From Lingula anatina (Eukaryota > Animalia > Brachiopoda): a stretch of 64,000 bases of DNA. The translations under genes were made by a program, and so were the position numbers. Position 1 is the stretch's first letter. Every line of letters begins with the position of its first letter. Positions 35,365-50,859 of this stretch are shown in pieces. The notes under the pieces are model-generated. The model worked only from the letters and a program-made list of their open reading frames with translations. It was not told where the DNA came from and did not search any database. The stretch is from assembly GCA_051362555.1 (NCBI GenBank), contig JBPQGU010000016.1, positions 5,146,001 to 5,210,000 of the forward strand. Reading direction: 5' to 3'.

Positions 35365-38300
35365 CTGCTGTACGCGGACCTGATGAAAATCACTCAAAAT
35401 CACCCAAAAACGACCCGTCACCAATTTTTCCGAAATGTGATGAAAATCAATCTACCACACCTGTCATTCATAAAAAATGTGGAAACACGCCCGGATCACT
35501 TCATTAAAGCCCCCAATTCCAGCTTTAAAGATAGCCAAAAACACAGCTGAAAACAGGATCTGGAGGGGGGGGGGGGTGGCCAGAGTTTTTGCTCTTTTTC
35601 TTCCTTAATATTGACACAACCACTCTTCCAGTACTTTATACTTACTACAAATGACCCAACACACCTACCGGTCACTAAAATGAAGAAAAAAAAATTTCTT
35701 CCCTTTTTGGCCAAAATTGAAGAAATCTGCTGTACGCGGACCTGATGAAAATCACTCAAAATCACCCAAAAACGACCCGTCACCAATTTTTCCGAAATGT
35801 GATGAAAATCAATCTACCACACCTGTCATTCATAAAAAATGTGGAAACACGCCCGGATCACTTCATTAAAGCCCCCAATTCCAGCTTTAAAGATAGCCAA
35901 AAACACAGCTGAAAACAGGATCTGGAGGGGGGGGGGGGGTGGCCAGAGTTTTTGCTCTTTTTCTTCCTTAATATTGACACAACCACTCTTCCAGTACTTT
36001 ATACTTACTACAAATGACCCAACACACCTACCGGTCACTAAAATGAAGAAAAAAAAATTTCTTCCCTTTTTGGCCAAAATTGAAGAAATCTGCTGTACGC
36101 GGACCTGATGAAAATCACTCAAAATCACCCAAAAACGACCCGTCACCAATTTTTCCGAAATGTGATGAAAATCAATCTACCACACCTGTCATTCATAAAA
36201 AATGTGGAAACACGCCCGGATCACTTCATTAAAGCCCCCAATTCCAGCTTTAAAGATAGCCAAAAACACAGCTGAAAACAGGATCTGGAGGGGGGGGGGG
36301 GTGGCCAGAGTTTTTGCTCTTTTTCTTCCTTAATATTGACACAACCACTCTTCCAGTACTTTATACTTACTACAAATGACCCAACACACCTACCGGTCAC
36401 TAAAATGAAGAAAAAAAAATTTCTTCCCTTTTTGGCCAAAATTGAAGAAATCTGCTGTACGCGGACCTGATGAAAATCACTCAAAATCACCCAAAAACGA
36501 CCCGTCACCAATTTTTCCGAAATGTGATGAAAATCAATCTACCACACCTGTCATTCATAAAAAATGTGGAAACACGCCCGGATCACTTCATTAAAGCCTC
36601 CAATTCCAGCTTTAAAGATAGCCAAAAACACAGCTGAAAACAGGATCTGGAGGGGGGGGGGGGTGGCCAGAGTTTTTGCTCTTTTTCTTCCTTAATATTG
36701 ACACAACCACTCTTCCAGTACTTTATACTTACTACAAATGACCCAACACACCTACCGGTCACTAAAATGAAGAAAAAAAAATTTCTTCCCTTTTTGGCCA
36801 AAATTGAAGAAATCTGCTGTACGCGGACCTGATGAAAATCACTCAAAATCACCCAAAAACGACCCGTCACCAATTTTTCCGAAATGTGATGAAAATCAAT
36901 CTACCACACCTGTCATTCATAAAAAATGTGGAAACACGCCCGGATCACTTCATTAAAGCCCCCAATTCCAGCTTTAAAGATAGCCAAAAACACAGCTGAA
37001 AACAGGATCTGGAGGGGGGGGGGGTGGCCAGAGTTTTTGCTCTTTTTCTTCCTTAATATTGACACAACCACTCTTCCAGTACTTTATACTTACTACAAAT
37101 GACCCAACACACCTACCGGTCACTAAAATGAAGAAAAAAAAATTTCTTCCCTTTTTGGCCAAAATTGAAGAAATCTGCTGTACGCGGACCTGATGAAAAT
37201 CACTCAAAATCACCCAAAAACGACCCGTCACCAATTTTTCCGAAATGTGATGAAAATCAATCTACCACACCTGTCATTCATAAAAAATGTGGAAACACGC
37301 CCGGATCACTTCATTAAAGCCCCCAATTCCAGCTTTAAAGATAGCCAAAAACACAGCTGAAAACAGGATCTGGAGGGGGGGGGGGGTGGCCAGAGTTTTT
37401 GCTCTTTTTCTTCCTTAATATTGACACAACCACTCTTCCAGTACTTTATACTTACTACAAATGACCCAACACACCTACCGGTCACTAAAATGAAGAAAAA
37501 AAAATTTCTTCCCTTTTTGGCCAAAATTGAAGAAATCTGCTGTACGCGGACCTGATGAAAATCACTCAAAATCACCCAAAAACGACCCGTCACCAATTTT
37601 TCCGAAATGTGATGAAAATCAATCTACCACACCTGTCATTCATAAAAAATGTGGAAACACGCCCGGATCACTTCATTAAAGCCCCCAATTCCAGCTTTAA
37701 AGATAGCCAAAAACACAGCTGAAAACAGGATCTGGAGGGGGGGGGGGGTGGCCAGAGTTTTTGCTCTTTTTCTTCCTTAATATTGACACAACCACTCTTC
37801 CAGTACTTTATACTTACTACAAATGACCCAACACACCTACCGGTCACTAAAATGAAGAAAAAAAAATTTCTTCCCTTTTTGGCCAAAATTGAAGAAATCT
37901 GCTGTACGCGGACCTGATGAAAATCACTCAAAATCACCCAAAAACGACCCGTCACCAATTTTTCCGAAATGTGATGAAAATCAATCTACCACACCTGTCA
38001 TTCATAAAAAATGTGGAAACACGCCCGGATCACTTCATTAAAGCCCCCAATTCCAGCTTTAAAGATAGCCAAAAACACAGCTGAAAACAGGATCTGGAGG
38101 GGGGGGGGGTGGCCAGAGTTTTTGCTCTTTTTCTTCCTTAATATTGACACAACCACTCTTCCAGTACTTTATACTTACTACAAATGACCCAACACACCTA
38201 CCGGTCACTAAAATGAAGAAAAAAAAATTTCTTCCCTTTTTGGCCAAAATTGAAGAAATCTGCTGTACGCGGACCTGATGAAAATCACTCAAAATCACCC

Positions 38301-41300
38301 AAAAACGACCCGTCACCAATTTTTCCGAAATGTGATGAAAATCAATCTACCACACCTGTCATTCATAAAAAATGTGGAAACACGCCCGGATCACTTCATT
38401 AAAGCCCCCAATTCCAGCTTTAAAGATAGCCAAAAACACAGCTGAAAACAGGATCTGGAGGGGGGGGGGGGTGGCCAGAGTTTTTGCTCTTTTTCTTCCT
38501 TAATATTGACACAACCACTCTTCCAGTACTTTATACTTACTACAAATGACCCAACACACCTACCGGTCACTAAAATGAAGAAAAAAAAATTTCTTCCCTT
38601 TTTGGCCAAAATTGAAGAAATCTGCTGTACGCGGACCTGATGAAAATCACTCAAAATCACCCAAAAACGACCCGTCACCAATTTTTCCGAAATGTGATGA
38701 AAATCAATCTACCACACCTGTCATTCATAAAAAATGTGGAAACACGCCCGGATCACTTCATTAAAGCCCCCAATTCCAGCTTTAAAGATAGCCAAAAACA
38801 CAGCTGAAAACAGGATCTGGAGGGGGGGGGGGTGGCCAGAGTTTTTGCTCTTTTTCTTCCTTAATATTGACACAACCACTCTTCCAGTACTTTATACTTA
38901 CTACAAATGACCCAACACACCTACCGGTCACTAAAATGAAGAAAAAAAAATTTCTTCCCTTTTTGGCCAAAATTGAAGAAATCTGCTGTACGCGGACCTG
39001 ATGAAAATCACTCAAAATCACCCAAAAACGACCCGTCACCAATTTTTCCGAAATGTGATGAAAATCAATCTACCACACCTGTCATTCATAAAAAATGTGG
39101 AAACACGCCCGGATCACTTCATTAAAGCCCCCAATTCCAGCTTTAAAGATAGCCAAAAACACAGCTGAAAACAGGATCTGGAGGGGGGGGGGGGGGGTGG
39201 CCAGAGTTTTTGCTCTTTTTCTTCCTTAATATTGACACAACCACTCTTCCAGTACTTTATACTTACTACAAATGACCCAACACACCTACCGGTCACTAAA
39301 ATGAAGAAAAAAAAATTTCTTCCCTTTTTGGCCAAAATTGAAGAAATCTGCTGTACGCGGACCTGATGAAAATCACTCAAAATCACCCAAAAACGACCCG
39401 TCACCAATTTTTCCGAAATGTGATGAAAATCAATCTACCACACCTGTCATTCATAAAAAATGTGGAAACACGCCCGGATCACTTCATTAAAGCCCCCAAT
39501 TCCAGCTTTAAAGATAGCCAAAAACACAGCTGAAAACAGGATCTGGAGGGGGGGGGGGGGGTGGCCAGAGTTTTTGCTCTTTTTCTTCCTTAATATTGAC
39601 ACAACCACTCTTCCAGTACTTTATACTTACTACAAATGACCCAACACACCTACCGGTCACTAAAATGAAGAAAAAAAAATTTCTTCCCTTTTTGGCCAAA
39701 ATTGAAGAAATCTGCTGTACGCGGACCTGATGAAAATCACTCAAAATCACCCAAAAACGACCCGTCACCAATTTTTCCGAAATGTGATGAAAATCAATCT
39801 ACCACACCTGTCATTCATAAAAAATGTGGAAACACGCCCGGATCACTTCATTAAAGCCCCCAATTCCAGCTTTAAAGATAGCCAAAAACACAGCTGAAAA
39901 CAGGATCTGGAGGGGGGGGGGGGGGTGGCCAGAGTTTTTGCTCTTTTTCTTCCTTAATATTGACACAACCACTCTTCCAGTACTTTATACTTACTACAAA
40001 TGACCCAACACACCTACCGGTCACTAAAATGAAGAAAAAAAAATTTCTTCCCTTTTTGGCCAAAATTGAAGAAATCTGCTGTACGCGGACCTGATGAAAA
40101 TCACTCAAAATCACCCAAAAACGACCCGTCACCAATTTTTCCGAAATGTGATGAAAATCAATCTACCACACCTGTCATTCATAAAAAATGTGGAAACACG
40201 CCCGGATCACTTCATTAAACCCCCCAATTCCAGCTTTAAAGATAGCCAAAAACACAGCTGAAAACAGGATCTGGAGGGGGGGGGGGGGTGGCCAGAGTTT
40301 TTGCTCTTTTTCTTCCTTAATATTGACACAACCACTCTTCCAGTACTTTATACTTACTACAAATGACCCAACACACCTACCGGTCACTAAAATGAAGAAA
40401 AAAAAATTTCTTCCCTTTTTGGCCAAAATTGAAGAAATCTGCTGTACGCGGACCTGATGAAAATCACTCAAAATCACCCAAAAACGACCCGTCACCAATT
40501 TTTCCGAAATGTGATGAAAATCAATCTACCACACCTGTCATTCATAAAAAATGTGGAAACACGCCCGGATCACTTCATTAAAGCCCCCAATTCCAGCTTT
40601 AAAGATAGCCAAAAACACAGCTGAAAACAGGATCTGGAGGGGGGGGGGGGTGGCCAGAGTTTTTGCTCTTTTTCTTCCTTAATATTGACACAACCACTCT
40701 TCCAGTACTTTATACTTACTACAAATGACCCAACACACCTACCGGTCACTAAAATGAAGAAAAAAAAATTTCTTCCCTTTTTGGCCAAAATTGAAGAAAT
40801 CTGCTGTACGCGGACCTGATGAAAATCACTCAAAATCACCCAAAAACGACCCGTCACCAATTTTTCCGAAATGTGATGAAAATCAATCTACCACACCTGT
40901 CATTCATAAAAAATGTGGAAACACGCCCGGATCACTTCATTAAAGCCCCCAATTCCAGCTTTAAAGATAGCCAAAAACACAGCTGAAAACAGGATCTGGA
41001 GGGGGGGGGGGGGTGGCCAGAGTTTTTGCTCTTTTTCTTCCTTAATATTGACACAACCACTCTTCCAGTACTTTATACTTACTACAAATGACCCAACACA
41101 CCTACCGGTCACTAAAATGAAGAAAAAAAAATTTCTTCCCTTTTTGGCCAAAATTGAAGAAATCTGCTGTACGCGGACCTGATGAAAATCACTCAAAATC
41201 ACCCAAAAACGACCCGTAACCAATTTTTCCGAAATGTGATGAAAATCAATCTACCACACCTGTCATTCATAAAAAATGTGGAAACACGCCCGGATCACTT

Positions 41301-44300
41301 CATTAAAGCCCCCAATTCCAGCTTTAAAGATAGCCAAAAACACAGCTGAAAACAGGATCTGGAGGGGGGGGGGGGGTGGCCAGAGTTTTTGCTCTTTTTC
41401 TTCCTTAATATTGACACAACCACTCTTCCAGTACTTTATACTTACTACAAATGACCCAACACACCTACCGGTCACTAAAATGAAGAAAAAAAAATTTCTT
41501 CCCTTTTTGGCCAAAATTGAAGAAATCTGCTGTACGCGGACCTGATGAAAATCACTCAAAATCACCCAAAAACGACCCGTCACCAATTTTTCCGAAATGT
41601 GATGAAAATCAATCTACCACACCTGTCATTCATAAAAAATGTGGAAACACGCCCGGATCACTTCATTAAAGCCCCCAATTCCAGCTTTAAAGATAGCCAA
41701 AAACACAGCTGAAAACAGGATCTGGAGGGGGGGGGGGGGTGGCCAGAGTTTTTGCTCTTTTTCTTCCTTAATATTGACACAACCACTCTTCCAGTACTTT
41801 ATACTTACTACAAATGACCCAACACACCTACCGGTCACTAAAATGAAGAAAAAAAAATTTCTTCCCTTTTTGGCCAAAATTGAAGAAATCTGCTGTACGC
41901 GGACCTGATGAAAATCACTCAAAATCACCCAAAAACGACCCGTCACCAATTTTTCCGAAATGTGATGAAAATCAATCTACCACACCTGTCATTCATAAAA
42001 AATGTGGAAACACGCCCGGATCACTTCATTAAAGCCCCCAATTCCAGCTTTAAAGATAGCCAAAAACACAGCTGAAAACAGGATCTGGAGGGGGGGGGGG
42101 GTGGCCAGAGTTTTTGCTCTTTTTCTTCCTTAATATTGACACAACCACTCTTCCAGTACTTTATACTTACTACAAATGACCCAACACACCTACCGGTCAC
42201 TAAAATGAAGAAAAAAAAATTTCTTCCCTTTTTGGCCAAAATTGAAGAAATCTGCTGTACGCGGACCTGATGAAAATCACTCAAAATCACCCAAAAACGA
42301 CCCGTCACCAATTTTTCCGAAATGTGATGAAAATCAATCTACCACACCTGTCATTCATAAAAAATGTGGAAACACGCCCGGATCACTTCATTAAAGCCCC
42401 CAATTCCAGCTTTAAAGATAGCCAAAAACACAGCTGAAAACAGGATCTGGAGGGGGGGGGGGGGGTGGCAGAGTTTTTGCTCTTTTTCTTCCTTAATATT
42501 GACACAACCACTCTTCCAGTACTTTATACTTACTACAAATGACCCAACACACCTACCGGTCACTAAAATGAAGAAAAAAAAATTTCTTCCCTTTTTGGCC
42601 AAAATTGAAGAAATCTGCTGTACGCGGACCTGATGAAAATCACTCAAAATCACCCAAAAACGACCCGTCACCAATTTTTCCGAAATGTGATGAAAATCAA
42701 TCTACCACACCTGTCATTCATAAAAAATGTGGAAACACGCCCGGATCACTTCATTAAAGCCCCCAATTCCAGCTTTAAAGATAGCCAAAAACACAGCTGA
42801 AAACAGGATCTGGAGGGGGGGGGGGGTGGCCAGAGTTTTTGCTCTTTTTCTTCCTTAATATTGACACAACCACTCTTCCAGTACTTTATACTTACTACAA
42901 ATGACCCAACACACCTACCGGTCACTAAAATGAAGAAAAAAAAATTTCTTCCCTTTTTGGCCAAAATTGAAGAAATCTGCTGTACGCGGACCTGATGAAA
43001 ATCACTCAAAATCACCCAAAAACGACCCGTCACCAATTTTTCCGAAATGTGATGAAAATCAATCTACCACACCTGTCATTCATAAAAAATGTGGAAACAC
43101 GCCCGGATCACTTCATTAAAGCCCCCAATTCCAGCTTTAAAGATAGCCAAAAACACAGCTGAAAACAGGATCTGGAGGGGGGGGGGGTGGCCAGAGTTTT
43201 TGCTCTTTTTCTTCCTTAATATTGACACAACCACTCTTCCAGTACTTTATACTTACTACAAATGACCCAACACACCTACCGGTCACTAAAATGAAGAAAA
43301 AAAAATTTCTTCCCTTTTTGGCCAAAATTGAAGAAATCTGCTGTACGCGGACCTGATGAAAATCACTCAAAATCACCCAAAAACGACCCGTCACCAATTT
43401 TTCCGAAATGTGATGAAAATCAATCTACCACACCTGTCATTCATAAAAAATGTGGAAACACGCCCGGATCACTTCATTAAAGCCCCCAATTCCAGCTTTA
43501 AAGATAGCCAAAAACACAGCTGAAAACAGGATCTGGAGGGGGGGGGGGGTGGCCAGAGTTTTTGCTCTTTTTCTTCCTTAATATTGACACAACCACTCTT
43601 CCAGTACTTTATACTTACTACAAATGACCCAACACACCTACCGGTCACTAAAATGAAGAAAAAAAAATTTCTTCCCTTTTTGGCCAAAATTGAAGAAATC
43701 TGCTGTACGCGGACCTGATGAAAATCACTCAAAATCAACCAAAAACGACCCGTCACCAATTTTTCCGAAATGTGATGAAAATCAATCTACCACACCTGTC
43801 ATTCATAAAAAATGTGGAAACACGCCCGGATCACTTCATTAAAGCCCCCAATTCCAGCTTTAAAGATAGCCAAAAACACAGCTGAAAACAGGATCTGGAG
43901 GGGGGGGGGGGTGGCCAGAGTTTTTGCTCTTTTTCTTCCTTAATATTGACACAACCACTCTTCCAGTACTTTATACTTACTACAAATGATCCAACACACC
44001 TACCGGTCACTAAAATGAAGAAAAAAAAATTTCTTCCCTTTTTGGCCAAAATTGAAGAAATCTGCTGTACGCGGACCTGATGAAAATCACTCAAAATCAC
44101 CCAAAAACGACCCGTCACCAATTTTTCCGAAATGTGATGAAAATCAATCTACCACACCTGTCATTCATAAAAAATGTGGAAACACGCCCGGATCACTTCA
44201 TTAAAGCCCCCAATTCCAGCTTTAAAGATAGCCAAAAACACAGCTGAAAACAGGATCTGGAGGGGGGGGGGGGTGGCCAGAGTTTTTGCTCTTTTTCTTC

Positions 44301-47300
44301 CTTAATATTGACACAACCACTCTTCCAGTACTTTATACTTACTACAAATGACCCAACACACCTACCGGTCACTAAAATGAAGAAAAAAAAATTTCTTCCC
44401 TTTTTGGCCAAAATTGAAGAAATCTGCTGTACGCGGACCTGATGAAAATCACTCAAAATCAACCAAAAACGACCCGTCACCAATTTTTCCGAAATGTGAT
44501 GAAAATCAATCTACCACACCTGTCATTCATAAAAAATGTGGAAACACGCCCGGATCACTTCATTAAAGCCCCCAATTCCAGCTTTAAAGATAGCCAAAAA
44601 CACAGCTGAAAACAGGATCTGGAGGGGGGGGGGGGTGGCCAGAGTTTTTGCTCTTTTTCTTCCTTAATATTGACACAACCACTCTTCCAGTACTTTATAC
44701 TTACTACAAATGACCCAACACACCTACCGGTCACTAAAATGAAGAAAAAAAAATTTCTTCCCTTTTTGGCCAAAATTGAAGAAATCTGCTGTACGCGGAC
44801 CTGATGAAAATCACTCAAAATCACCCAAAAACGACCCGTCACCAATTTTTCCGAAATGTGATGAAAATCAATCTACCACACCTGTCATTCATAAAAAATG
44901 TGGAAACACGCCCGGATCACTTCATTAAAGCCCCCAATTCCAGCTTTAAAGATAGCCAAAAACACAGCTGAAAACAGGATCTGGAGGGGGGGGGGGGTGG
45001 CCAGAGTTTTTGCTCTTTTTCTTCCTTAATATTGACACAACCACTCTTCCAGTACTTTATACTTACTACAAATGACCCAACACACCTACCGGTCACTAAA
45101 ATGAAGAAAAAAAAATTTCTTCCCTTTTTGGCCAAAATTGAAGAAATCTGCTGTACGCGGACCTGATGAAAATCACTCAAAATCACCCAAAAACGACCCG
45201 TCACCAATTTTTCCGAAATGTGATGAAAATCAATCTACCACACCTGTCATTCATAAAAAATGTGGAAACACGCCCGGATCACTTCATTAAAGCCCCCAAT
45301 TCCAGCTTTAAAGATAGCCAAAAACACAGCTGAAAACAGGATCTGGAGGGGGGGGGGGGTGGCCAGAGTTTTTGCTCTTTTTCTTCCTTAATATTGACAC
45401 AACCACTCTTCCAGTACTTTATACTTACTACAAATGACCCAACACACCTACCGGTCACTAAAATGAAGAAAAAAAAATTTCTTCCCTTTTTGGCCAAAAT
45501 TGAAGAAATCTGCTGTACGCGGACCTGATGAAAATCACTCAAAATCACCCAAAAACGACCCGTCACCAATTTTTCCGAAATGTGATGAAAATCAATCTAC
45601 CACACCTGTCATTCATAAAAAATGTGGAAACACGCCCGGATCACTTCATTAAAGCCCCCAATTCCAGCTTTAAAGATAGCCAAAAACACAGCTGAAAACA
45701 GGATCTGGAGGGGGGGGGGGGTGGCCAGAGTTTTTGCTCTTTTTCTTCCTTAATATTGACACAACCACTCTTCCAGTACTTTATACTTACTACAAATGAC
45801 CCAACACACCTACCGGTCACTAAAATGAAGAAAAAAAAATTTCTTCCCTTTTTGGCCAAAATTGAAGAAATCTGCTGTACGCGGACCTGATGAAAATCAC
45901 TCAAAATCACCCAAAAACGACCCGTCACCAATTTTTCCGAAATGTGATGAAAATCAATCTACCACACCTGTCATTCATAAAAAATGTGGAAACACGCCCG
46001 GATCACTTCATTAAAGCCCCCAATTCCAGCTTTAAAGATAGCCAAAAACACAGCTGAAAACAGGATCTGGAGGGGGGGGGGGGTGGCCAGAGTTTTTGCT
46101 CTTTTTCTTCCTTAATATTGACACAACCACTCTTCCAGTACTTTATACTTACTACAAATGACCCAACACACCTACCGGTCACTAAAATGAAGAAAAAAAA
46201 ATTTCTTCCCTTTTTGGCCAAAATTGAAGAAATCTGCTGTACGCGGACCTGATGAAAATCACTCAAAATCACCCAAAAACGACCCGTCACCAATTTTTCC
46301 GAAATGTGATGAAAATCAATCTACCACACCTGTCATTCATAAAAAATGTGGAAACACGCCCGGATCACTTCATTAAAGCCCCCAATTCCAGCTTTAAAGA
46401 TAGCCAAAAACACAGCTGAAAACAGGATCTGGAGGGGGGGGGGGGGGTGGCCAGAGTTTTTGCTCTTTTTCTTCCTTAATATTGACACAACCACTCTTCC
46501 AGTACTTTATACTTACTACAAATGACCCAACACACCTACCGGTCACTAAAATGAAGAAAAAAAAATTTCTTCCCTTTTTGGCCAAAATTGAAGAAATCTG
46601 CTGTACGCGGACCTGATGAAAATCACTCAAAAATCACCCAAAAACGACCCGTCACCAATTTTTCCGAAATGTGATGAAAATCAATCTACCACACCTGTCA
46701 TTCATAAAAAATGTGGAAACACGCCCGGATCACTTCATTAAAGCCCCCAATTCCAGCTTTAAAGATAGCCAAAAACACAGCTGAAAACAGGATCTGGAGG
46801 GGGGGGGGGGGTGGCCAGAGTTTTTGCTCTTTTTCTTCCTTAATATTGACACAACCACTCTTCCAGTACTTTATACTTACTACAAATGACCCAACACACC
46901 TACCGGTCACTAAAATGAAGAAAAAAAAATTTCTTCCCTTTTTGGCCAAAATTGAAGAAATCTGCTGTACGCGGACCTGATGAAAATCACTCAAAATCAC
47001 CCAAAAACGACCCGTCACCAATTTTTCCGAAATGTGATGAAAATCAATCTACCACACCTGTCATTCATAAAAAATGTGGAAACACGCCCGGATCACTTCA
47101 TTAAAGCCCCCAATTCCAGCTTTAAAGATAGCCAAAAACACAGCTGAAAACAGGATCTGGAGGGGGGGGGGGTGGCCAGAGTTTTTGCTCTTTTTCTTCC
47201 TTAATATTGACACAACCACTCTTCCAGTACTTTATACTTACTACAAATGACCCAACACACCTACCGGTCACTAAAATGAAGAAAAAAAAATTTCTTCCCT

Positions 47301-50300
47301 TTTTGGCCAAAATTGAAGAAATCTGCTGTACGCGGACCTGATGAAAATCACTCAAAATCACCCAAAAACGACCCGTCACCAATTTTTCCGAAATGTGATG
47401 AAAATCAATCTACCACACCTGTCATTCATAAAAAATGTGGAAACACGCCCGGATCACTTCATTAAAGCCCCCAATTCCAGCTTTAAAGATAGCCAAAAAC
47501 ACAGCTGAAAACAGGATCTGGAGGGGGGGGGGGGGGTGGCCAGAGTTTTTGCTCTTTTTCTTCCTTAATATTGACACAACCACTCTTCCAGTACTTTATA
47601 CTTACTACAAATGACCCAACACACCTACCGGTCACTAAAATGAAGAAAAAAAAATTTCTTCCCTTTTTGGCCAAAATTGAAGAAATCTGCTGTACGCGGA
47701 CCTGATGAAAATCACTCAAAATCACCCAAAAACGACCCGTCACCAATTTTTCCGAAATGTGATGAAAATCAATCTACCACACCTGTCATTCATAAAAAAT
47801 GTGGAAACACGCCCGGATCACTTCATTAAAGCCCCCAATTCCAGCTTTAAAGATAGCCAAAAACACAGCTGAAAACAGGATCTGGAGGGGGGGGGGGGTG
47901 GCCAGAGTTTTTGCTCTTTTTCTTCCTTAATATTGACACAACCACTCTTCCAGTACTTTATACTTACTACAAATGACCCAACACACCTACCGGTCACTAA
48001 AATGAAGAAAAAAAAATTTCTTCCCTTTTTGGCCAAAATTGAAGAAATCTGCTGTACGCGGACCTGATGAAAATCACTCAAAATCACCCAAAAACGACCC
48101 GTCACCAATTTTTCCGAAATGTGATGAAAATCAATCTACCACACCTGTCATTCATAAAAAATGTGGAAACACGCCCGGATCACTTCATTAAAGCCCCCAA
48201 TTCCAGCTTTAAAGATAGCCAAAAACACAGCTGAAAACAGGATCTGGAGGGGGGGGGGGGGTGGCCAGAGTTTTTGCTCTTTTTCTTCCTTAATATTGAC
48301 ACAACCACTCTTCCAGTACTTTATACTTACTACAAATGACCCAACACACCTACCGGTCACTAAAATGAAGAAAAAAAAATTTCTTCCCTTTTTGGCCAAA
48401 ATTGAAGAAATCTGCTGTACGCGGACCTGATGAAAATCACTCAAAATCACCCAAAAACGACCCGTCACCAATTTTTCCGAAATGTGATGAAAATCAATCT
48501 ACCACACCTGTCATTCATAAAAAATGTGGAAACACGCCCGGATCACTTCATTAAAGCCCCCAATTCCAGCTTTAAAGATAGCCAAAAACACAGCTGAAAA
48601 CAGGATCTGGAGGGGGGGGGGGGGTGGCCAGAGTTTTTGCTCTTTTTCTTCCTTAATATTGACACAACCACTCTTCCAGTACTTTATACTTACTACAAAT
48701 GACCCAACACACCTACCGGTCACTAAAATGAAGAAAAAAAAATTTCTTCCCTTTTTGGCCAAAATTGAAGAAATCTGCTGTACGCGGACCTGATGAAAAT
48801 CACTCAAAATCACCCAAAAACGACCCGTCACCAATTTTTCCGAAATGTGATGAAAATCAATCTACCACACCTGTCATTCATAAAAAATGTGGAAACACGC
48901 CCGGATCACTTCATTAAAGCCCCCAATTCCAGCTTTAAAGATAGCCAAAAACACAGCTGAAAACAGGATCTGGAGGGGGGGGGGGGTGGCCAGAGTTTTT
49001 GCTCTTTTTCTTCCTTAATATTGACACAACCACTCTTCCAGTACTTTATACTTACTACAAATGACCCAACACACCTACCGGTCACTAAAATGAAGAAAAA
49101 AAAATTTCTTCCCTTTTTGGCCAAAATTGAAGAAATCTGCTGTACGCGGACCTGATGAAAATCACTCAAAATCACCCAAAAACGACCCGTCACCAATTTT
49201 TCCGAAATGTGATGAAAATCAATCTACCACACCTGTCATTCATAAAAAATGTGGAAACACGCCCGGATCACTTCATTAAAGCCCCCAATTCCAGCTTTAA
49301 AGATAGCCAAAAACACAGCTGAAAACAGGATCTGGAGGGGGGGGGGGGTGGCCAGAGTTTTTGCTCTTTTTCTTCCTTAATATTGACACAACCACTCTTC
49401 CAGTACTTTATACTTACTACAAATGACCCAACACACCTACCGGTCACTAAAATGAAGAAAAAAAAATTTCTTCCCTTTTTGGCCAAAATTGAAGAAATCT
49501 GCTGTACGCGGACCTGATGAAAATCACTCAAAATCACCCAAAAACGACCCGTCACCAATTTTTCCGAAATGTGATGAAAATCAATCTACCACACCTGTCA
49601 TTCATAAAAAATGTGGAAACACGCCCGGATCACTTCATTAAAGCCCCCAATTCCAGCTTTAAAGATAGCCAAAAACACAGCTGAAAACAGGATCTGGAGG
49701 GGGGGGGGGGTGGCCAGAGTTTTTGCTCTTTTTCTTCCTTAATATTGACACAACCACTCTTCCAGTACTTTATACTTACTACAAATGACCCAACACACCT
49801 ACCGGTCACTAAAATGAAGAAAAAAAAATTTCTTCCCTTTTTGGCCAAAATTGAAGAAATCTGCTGTACGCGGACCTGATGAAAATCACTCAAAATCACC
49901 CAAAAACGACCCGTCACCAATTTTTCCGAAATGTGATGAAAATCAATCTACCACACCTGTCATTCATAAAAAATGTGGAAACACGCCCGGATCACTTCAT
50001 TAAAGCCCCCAATTCCAGCTTTAAAGATAGCCAAAAACACAGCTGAAAACAGGATCTGGAGGGGGGGGGGGGGTGGCCAGAGTTTTTGCTCTTTTTCTTC
50101 CTTAATATTGACACAACCACTCTTCCAGTACTTTATACTTACTACAAATGACCCAACACACCTACCGGTCACTAAAATGAAGAAAAAAAAATTTCTTCCC
50201 TTTTTGGCCAAAATTGAAGAAATCTGCTGTACGCGGACCTGATGAAAATCACTCAAAATCACCCAAAAACGACCCGTCACCAATTTTTCCGAAATGTGAT

Positions 50301-50833
50301 GAAAATCAATCTACCACACCTGTCATTCATAAAAAATGTGGAAACACGCCCGGATCACTTCATTAAAGCCCCCAATTCCAGCTTTAAAGATAGCCAAAAA
50401 CACAGCTGAAAACAGGATCTGGAGGGGGGGGGGGGGTGGCCAGAGTTTTTGCTCTTTTTCTTCCTTAATATTGACACAACCACTCTTCCAGTACTTTATA
50501 CTTACTACAAATGACCCAACACACCTACCGGTCACTAAAATGAAGAAAAAAAAATTTCTTCCCTTTTTGGCCAAAATTGAAGAAATCTGCTGTACGCGGA
50601 CCTGATGAAAATCACTCAAAATCACCCAAAAACGACCCGTCACCAATTTTTCCGAAATGTGATGAAAATCAATCTACCACACCTGTCATTCATAAAAAAT
50701 GTGGAAACACGCCCGGATCACTTCATTAAAGCCCCCAATTCCAGCTTTAAAGATAGCCAAAAACACAGCTGAAAACAGGATCTGGAGGGGGGGGGGGGGT
50801 GGCCAGAGTTTTTGCTCTTTTTCTTCCTTAATA

Positions 50834-50859
50834 TTGACACAACCACTTGACACAACCAC
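50834..50859. repeat. 13-bp tandem duplication (TTGACACAACCAC x2) in one B monomer
   Basis: ...ATA TTGACACAACCAC TTGACACAACCAC TCTTCC...; this monomer is 376 bp instead of ~363 bp. Confidence 0.9.
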